64,000 nucleotides of DNA from the human T2T-CHM13v2.0 reference genome, Homo sapiens: NCBI RefSeq assembly GCF_009914755.1, contig NC_060929.1; one strand, 5' to 3'. The notes beneath the pieces are model-generated. The model did not search any database, was not told the origin of the DNA, and saw nothing but the letters and a program-made list of their open reading frames with translations. Within the stretch, counting starts at the first letter, position 1; every line of letters begins with the position of its first letter. A program made the translations under genes and the position numbers. Below are positions 56,090 to 64,000 of the stretch, in pieces.

Positions 56090-56520
56090 ATGATTAATAA
56101 GGATATCACCGAGAAAATAAAGTCCAAACTCAGTTTTATGGCACAAGGCATTTTTCATGCTCTTTCTTCTGTCTTCCTCTCTTAAACTAGCTCTTTGTGT
56201 GCTCCATTCCACAGTTTTTGGCTCCTGTCGTATACAGTTTTATTGCAAACACCCTCATCTAATAGTTTCTAGTCCTTCCAATATACATAGCAAACACTCC
56301 TCTTTCAAGATCCAGATCAAAAGTTATTTCTGCTGATAAAAAAATTTTCTGATAATCTAGTATATAACTTACCATTTTATTTTTTGTGTTCCCACCATAC
56401 CCTATAGATTTTCTGGCACATTTCTTCACATGGATATTGTTTCCCATTAGACTGTAAACTATATGAAAGCAGACCCTGGTAGACAGCAGGTGCTCACTAT
56501 ATGTTTGTTAAGCAAAGGTA
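56090..56520 (+). mobile_element. L2 3' fragments
   Basis: AGAAAATAAAGTCCAAACTC...TTCCCATTAGACTGTAAACT...AGGTGCTCACTATATGTTTGTT. Confidence 0.55.
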
Positions 56521-57025
56521 CAAATCATATCATATTCTAAACATATTTAAGAAACAGATAAGTAACTGTAATGCTTATATTTTGACTTCACTTGTTCTCC
56601 CAAGTACACTAATAAGCAATTATCTATTTATTACATTTTCAGAAGAGTCTTTAAGTTTCTAAATGTGTATTTTGATATCTAAGTCAGTGTACTGAATTTA
56701 AATGACCTGGGAACATAATCTTTAAAGAAATCACAGGAATGTGCTTATAACATTTAGGGGCCTTTTATTTTAATGGAGACCTCATTCTCCCTTTTAAACA
56801 TGATACATTATCCAGATGACTAAAGTAATAAAATATGAGGAGAGTGAAAATGAAAACAGAATTTCTACGCAAAGGGAACTGGACAGTATCTAATTTGTAT
56901 ATGAAATCAGCTGATATAATTTGGCCAATATAAACACACTAAATTAATATTTAGGACAGTAGTTGAAGTCAAATGAGATCAATAGTATGAGTGAATTATT
57001 CTAAGGTCAAATTTAAATGAATACT

Positions 57026-57445
<420 letters not shown>

Positions 57446-57554
57446 TTGGGTGTGGGTGCTTTTTGTACCTTGACTGTATAAGGAAGCTGAGTTGAAACAC
57501 TGATGTAATGTCTGCCTGCTCTTCTTCTGTCCAACTAGTTGTCCAAATATGAAG

Positions 57555-57755
57555 ATTGAGATCTGAACTGAAGTCCAATCTCTACTCAGTAGTAATGTGA
57601 TCTTGGGAAAGTTTCTTACTCCCTGAAGCATAGTGTCTGCTTTTGCAAAATGAGATTATATCTCTTTACAGGGTATTTGTGAGAAGCAAATGGTAGAATG
57701 CACATTAAAATAGTAAGTAAACTGCAAAACACTTTGCAAATGTGAGTTTAGTGTT
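57555..57755 (+). mobile_element. MIR SINE
   Basis: TGTGATCTTGGGAAAGTTTCTT...GCAAAATGAGAT...TTACAGGGTATTTGTGAGAA. Confidence 0.7.
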
Positions 57756-58714
57756 ATAAATCTGTGCTACACAGTAGGGCGTGGGCTGTGTCTTTTATAT
57801 CTCTAACTTTCCAGTATTGTTCTTTCAATGGTGGTGTTGGTAGAGAGACCTCTTCTGTTTCCTCACGCTGAGAGGCAGAGTGTGAATATGGGATACATCA
57901 TGTTCCAGTCCACCCACTGGGTAACTTTTGGGATATGGGTCTCTCAGTAGCGTCAAGTTTTCTGTGTAACTGAGGATTTAGTTTTTTAAGTATAAACACT
58001 TTTAACAATATTTCTTGATGAAAGTGTTAAAAATATATATTTAATGGAGAAGGAGCAAGTGAAGAAGGAGCAGTAAATTATGTGTTGTGAATAGAAGGAA
58101 ATAAAAATATATTCTGGCTCTACTTTATTGCTTTATAAATGCTAATAACTTTCCATTTTATTGTTAATTCAGGCACATTATTATTAATATTAGTTAACTC
58201 TGCTATAACACTCTGATGACTTCAGAGAATATGCTGCATATTGAATTATTTCCTTTTATATCAAATAATTCCAGATTGTTTTGATGTTTGAAATTAGATT
58301 TTTTAATAGTTTTTATTTCTTCCTCTGCTGTTGCTTCTCTTTGCTATGGGGAAATACCTTTACTCACTGTTTTGTCCTCTCTACTTGCTGCTTTCTCACA
58401 CAAGTCAAGGGAGAGCCTCTGTAGTCCAAATAAGCTAATTTCTCTGTAGGCCTCTATTGGCAGGGGCCAAGGGTGCATTCTGGGACTTTGAGTACCCATA
58501 GGAAGACCTCCAACTCCCACCGACCCATTATACTTTCACAGCCTTATCCTCACAATATGTCTCCAGACAGTGAGGACAAATAATCAGGTCAAAAAGCCAA
58601 CATCTTTTAGGTCATCGCTAGTATCCTAAACTTTAATCCGCTTTTGGCCCCATCTTTCACATCTGCCCCATTTTCTGAATCTCCTCCAATATGCCCTCTG
58701 GAAGTTATATTCAG

Positions 58715-59280
58715 TGAAAGAATCAAAGCTTGTCCGGGGCAGAAAGAGTGGATATCAGCTAAGACTGATTAGAGCAAAGAGCATCGCTAACATTAATCAG
58801 GCTGGGAGGTCAGACAAGGACACAGACAGCTCCAAAGTTAACAGGAAATAGTAATTCTGCAGAGGTCATGCAGCAACTGTAAAATGCCTCCAGGATCTCT
58901 GCTTTGAATGATCACTGCTTTTTCACCCGTGACATTCTAGACCTACTTTGCTACAGTCATCTATTACTGAGGATACCCAGTTGCTAAGCCACCCATGCCT
59001 CATGACAGCACTGATTCCCTAGTTAATTCTTGCTTTTCGAAATTCTGCCATAGAAACAGCAAGCGAACCCAGAACTGATCCCCACTTCCCTTAGACTCTT
59101 CTCAGAATCCTTCAGCAGAAACCCAAACCTCACAAAACATGGTTTTCTCTTCCCTTTTGTTGAAAGCTGCATTCCACATTTCCTCTGGGGTGCCTTTCCT
59201 CATTGCATCAAACCAATAAATCTGATTTTGTCAGACTATAAGCTGTTTCCTCCTGGTCTTTGGCTGATTAAGCTTTAACA
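58715..59280 (+). mobile_element. Putative ERV solo LTR, family not identified
   Basis: About 565-bp TG...CA segment with AATAAA about 65 nt from its end, interrupting L2-like sequence. Confidence 0.55.
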
Positions 59281-60214
59281 CCAATCACTGGGAAATTCCC
59301 CTTTGTCACTGAAGGCTTTTCTGCGCATAACATTAATGTCATGTTCTAATTGAAGCTGAACACTTCTGCTGCTGCTGCAGCCCTATCAAGTGGTGGCTTT
59401 ATTTTCTTTCATGCATCTTATGCCACTGGCCAGATGGAGTACGTGACTTCTTTGCTGCTTCCAGATCATTCTTTTTTCTTCTTCCTACAAATGAGACACT
59501 TTGAATATTATCTTATGACTATATTTTGTCCCCTACTCTTCATTGTTGCAATCATCTATTGCCACCATCTGCCCCACACCACTTCGTAACTTTCATTCCC
59601 TGAAAATTTTAACTCCTAGCTCACTGACACTCTTTATAATAATACTGCCATCACAATTCTTGATATTTTCAATATCTGCATAGGTGATACTTTCAATACC
59701 CTGGCCTCTCGGTTTCTTTTTTGCAGAATTTAACTTAATTTAATGTTTTTGATGTGAATGGTGAACGTCCTCAGTTTCTTTACCTTCTCTTCTCCATTGA
59801 TTTTTGTCCTCAACCAACCCTAAATCATTTACTCCCAAGACTGTGTTTTAGGCTTTGTCAGTATATACAATTTAAATATCTCCATAATCTCAATTTCAAA
59901 CACCCCTCTCTGAATACCGCCTTCTATTTTTCAGCTCATAGTCCCTAATACCCCAACTCTCACAATCTACCGAGCCTACCAGGTATGATTCTCCCAGCAT
60001 GTTAGTGCCTATCACTACCTTCATGTCCTCAATTCCTTCATTGTTTTTCAGACTTAAGTTACCTGGTTTATCATTATAATGAGTTCTTACTCGAACTTGA
60101 AAAGCAAAACAACAATGTTGTTTAAATCAAACTCTCCCCCAGCCCTGTCTGTATAGCTGAACATGGCTGGAGTAAAACACAAAACAATGCAGTCTGATTT
60201 CATTTTATTTTATG

Positions 60215-60635
60215 TTTTTAACTTGAAAAACAATTTCTAAGGTTTTGATAAAATACATACAACATAAAATTTATTATTTTCACCATTTTAACTGTGCAGT
60301 TCCTTAGCACTAACTGCATCCACGCTGTGTGATCATCACCACTATCCATCTCCAAAACTTTCTTATCTTCTTAAACTGAACTTCATACCCATTAAACAAT
60401 AACTCCTCATTTCTCTCTCCTCTCAACCACTGACAATCACCATTCTATTTTCTGTCTATAAATCTGATTACTCTAGGTGCCTCATATGAGGGGAATCATA
60501 TAGTGTTTGTCCCTTTTTGACTGGGTATTTCATGTGGCATACTGTCTTCAAGGTTTATCCATGTCATATAGCATGTGTCAGAATTTCATTCTTTTTTAAG
60601 GCTGTATGTAAAATACCATATTTTGTTTATCCATT
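60215..60635 (-). mobile_element. L1MB-like 3' end inserted in the L2
   Basis: AACATAAAATTTA...CATCACCACTATCCATCTCCAAAACTT...GTCAGAATTTCATTCTTTTTAAGGCTG. Confidence 0.85.
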
Positions 60636-61912
60636 CACAATTTCATTTGGAATTTATGATCACTTTTCTCTGTTGGACCCTCAATACTGCCAGACTGTCT
60701 CACTCCATTCCCATGCCTATTTTACTTTCTCCCTCTTATGGTCTATTATTTTATATCTTATTCTGTTTTTTTTAAACTCATGAAATTTCACTCTCAGTGA
60801 TTGATCTTGCATTCTATGTAACTGAGAAATTAGACGCGGTCAAGGGAGAACTTCTAGAAGATTCCACTGCTCTATGTACCTACCAACAAATACTAGCAGC
60901 TGCATTCTACCTTTCTTTGCACCAGCTCTAGTTTCTTTTTCTTATTACTCAAGGTCATTGCTCTAACAAGTGTCCTCTCTTTCTCCTACATCATCATGTT
61001 TCTTCATCTACTAGGTCTTTCCCATCAGAACACAATATACTGGAACTTCTCTCATCTTAGAAACAGTAATAACAACAATGACAAAACTCTTCCTGACTTA
61101 CTTTCCTTTCTACTACCATCACTTTCTTTCCTTCCCTTTGCAGTGAAACTTGTTGAAAACATTCTCTGTACTTGCTGCCTCAGTTTCTCTTGATTCTAAT
61201 CTGTCTTTTGCTTCTACCACTTCAATGAAACATCCCTTGTCAAGGTCACCAATGACTTCCAAATAGTTAAATCCAATGCACACTCTCAAACTTCATGTTA
61301 CTTGACCCTTTGAAAGCATTTTGTGACAGTGATCTCTCTCTTCTCTGTGATACTTTTTTTTTGGCTTGGCTTTCTATATAACTTACTCTGTTTTTTTAAT
61401 TTCCTATCCCATTGAACTGTTTTTGTTAGTCCTCTTTTCTGCTTTTTAAAAATTTCTCTGATTCCTAAATGATGGAGGCCCCTCTATCATATCTGAGTAA
61501 TAGGGAGCCCTCTATCATATCTAAATGATAAGGGTCTCAGTCCTTGTATCTCTTTAATTTCTATATTTACTCAACTCCTAAGGAGTCTTAAAGATCTTAG
61601 TGAGTCTTATGATTACATGCTGATAATAATCTAATAACTACCAAATTAACATTTTCAGGATGGTCTTTGCCTGAATTCCAAATTTATATATTCAATTGGC
61701 TACTTAAAATCTCTACTTACATGTCTAATAGTTATCTCAAACTTATGTTCCAAATGGAGCTCCTGATGTTCTTTCTCTAAACCGACTACTTTCATAATCT
61801 TTCTCATCTCAGATGCGATTGCATTCTTCTAGTTGCTGAGGTAAAAAATCTTGGAGTCATCTTTGATATTTCCCTTTCTCTTACAATCTATATCTAATCT
61901 GTCAAGAAATCT

Positions 61913-61954
61913 TACTAGCTGTGCTTCAAACTATACTAGCTGTGCTTCAAACTA
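61913..61954. repeat. Perfect 21-bp tandem duplication
   Basis: TACTAGCTGTGCTTCAAACTA x2. Confidence 0.97.
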
Positions 61955-62427
61955 TAACGATAATCTGACCACTTTACATAGCTTCTTCCTTTACCTCCTG
62001 TATGACTTAATGTCACTTACTCAGTAGACATCAAGATAGGACACTCTGGAACCCTCACCTCCAACCATGATAGTCTCTATCCGCTTTTCCTGTTCTGCTA
62101 GTTTTCTTTAGCCCTCATTGCTATTTATCGTACTGCATATTTTATGTACTTTTTATATTATCTGAATCCTTCCCAAGAATATAAATTTCATGTGAGCAAG
62201 AATTTTTGCTTTGTTTACTATTGTATCCCCAGTGCTTAAACCAGTGCATGACATGTACTGGGAATTTAATAAATATTTGCTGAATGAATGAATAAAAGAA
62301 ATTAGTACTGAGAATTTTAAAAGGTGAGATATTTAGAGCTATGTGCACAACACGAGCAAAGAAGCCCTTGGTTTCTATCTCCATGGTTCTCCTGTGAATG
62401 AAGTTTTGGTTTTATGAAGTAGCAGCC

Positions 62428-62635
62428 TAATAACAGCAAAAACAACTGAGTACCAATTATGTGCAGAAACTATCCCACATGCTTTATTCATTTCTTATTT
62501 ATGCCATACAACCATGAGAAATAGCGGTTATTATCTCTGTTTTACAGATAAGGCTAAACAACTTGTTCAAAATCACCTTGCTAGCAGGTGATTGTGCTGG
62601 ATTTAAAAATCAGTTCCATTTGACCCCAAAGTTCA
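62428..62635 (-). mobile_element. MIR SINE
   Basis: TTATTATCTCTGTTTTACAGATAAGG...AACTTGTTCAAAATCAC antisense core. Confidence 0.75.
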
Positions 62636-63019
62636 ACATGTTTTAAAAACTATAATTACATGGGTTACTTTCTGGCTCTTCATTGGTGTTTTGGGTAATG
62701 GGGGTATTAATGTAAGCAATAAACTAGGCAGAAAAACAGAATGATATGCCATTAAGCCTATTGAGTTCAGCATTTTCTTTATGTGAAAACTTCAGTATAA
62801 TGCAATTTTAATACCATCTTTATTTGTGGGAAAATCTGAATAGCCAAAATATAGGGCAAGCATTGTTCTCACTTTTAATTGAAAATTAAAGGTTACCCTT
62901 TATCAAAAGTTGCGTGCATGTAGCATTAGAAAACAGGTGGACTTGACCTCTTTTAGTGCAATATTTAGTTGTTAACCATGGAATTTTATTTAGTTCGAAC
63001 ATTTCTTTTACATTTAGGA

Positions 63020-63350
63020 GGCAATAAAAAAGCCCCCCTGCAGCTAATTTAATAACAGAGAATTCTCATGGATGTAATGCAAATATCTGCTGTGAGGCAA
63101 ACTCGCTTCATATTGTTTATTTAATTCTGCATTCATTTCACTGAATTGCAGTGTAATGGGATGCAGGGACTCCAACAATGGAAGAGAAAATTTGATAGGT
63201 ACATGTGAGAGAAAATTAATGGGCCATTTGTCATATATTCTGAACAGACACTGTGATTTTTGTTTTGAGCTTTGTAACGCATTCACTTTGGGATCATAAT
63301 AAGCAACATAGATCTCACTTAATTTACCAGATGCAATTTGGAACAATTTT
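63020..63350. promoter_or_regulatory. Candidate enhancer or conserved non-coding element
   Basis: Unique-looking sequence with octamer ATGCAAAT (63077-63084), FOX TGTTTAT (63114-63120), SOX AACAATG (63174-63180) and several TAAT cores. Confidence 0.35.
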
Positions 63351-63537
63351 TTTCTTTTAACACATTTTTAGTTATGTAATAAAATATGTTGATAGATTAA
63401 TATACTTTCTAACTTAAAACTTCAGTTTCTAGGTTAAAGAAAATGTTCACACTAAGTCACACATAGTTGACTGATTCAATTAACTAAGGATAATCCTTAT
63501 TCTGTTTATTTTATGAACAACTGACATAATGAAATCC

Positions 63538-63658
63538 TTTTTTTTTTTTTAAGAGTTGGGGTCTCACTATGTTCCCCAGGCTAGATTTTGACTTCTGGGC
63601 TCAATATCTCGACTTCCTGAGAAGCCGGGACTACAGGTGCACCCCACTGTACCTGGCT
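63538..63658 (-). mobile_element. FLAM Alu monomer
   Basis: Poly-T, GGGGTCTCACTATGTTCCCCAGGCT...GGGACTACAGGTG. Confidence 0.8.
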
Positions 63659-64000
63659 TATATTGAAACTTTGGTGAGGTGAGATATGGGAAACCACTTT
63701 ATAAATTAGAATTCTTATGTAAATGTAAAATGATAGTGGTTTTGCTACCATTGTTATGATTTAAAGGGATTATTAAATACTTTATCAACTTTGTATTTTC
63801 TTCAAAAAATTGATGGTTTTGGATTATAACATTCACCTTTTTGGGTTGTTTTTTAGTTAATGCAGAATTTCCTGAAGTATAAGTTAAGCCACTGATGAAC
63901 TTATACGATAGTACTGGTAACTGAGCAACATCTTAACCCTTATTCATATTGTATTTTTCACCATTTTATTTTGTTACTAAAATAACATTGATATTTACAA

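Larger units (their letters stand above)
58640..62293 (+). mobile_element. Long L2 LINE from the endonuclease remnant to the 3' end, interrupted
   Basis: ORF 59350-59589 AALSSGGFIFFH...IVAIIY is L2 endonuclease-like; CTTGTCAAGGTCACCAATGAC; 3' end AATAAATATTTGCTGAATGAATGAAT. Confidence 0.7.

Overview
AT-rich mammalian non-coding DNA, almost certainly human because it carries an AluYb8-type insertion with the diagnostic 7-bp duplication. No protein-coding exon, RNA gene, CpG island or CRISPR array could be supported; the listed ORFs are chance frames or decayed Alu, L1, L2 and LTR frames. Roughly half or more of the window is interspersed repeat: about 16 Alu/FLAM copies, L1 fragments of several ages (nearly all on the minus strand), many MaLR/ERVL solo LTRs (MLT1, MLT2, THE1), MIRs, a long L2 retaining an endonuclease-like remnant, MER3 and MER63-like DNA elements, and one full-length but catalytically dead Hsmar2 mariner. 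Repeat-poor stretches (about 33-39 kb, 30.4-30.7 kb, 63.0-63.35 kb) hold candidate regulatory elements, including an X-box palindrome, a POU/SOX/FOX motif cluster and two microexon-like splice-signal pairs. I found no evidence of a new multi-gene system. Repeat subfamily names come from recalled consensus sequences, and boundaries of old repeats are approximate.
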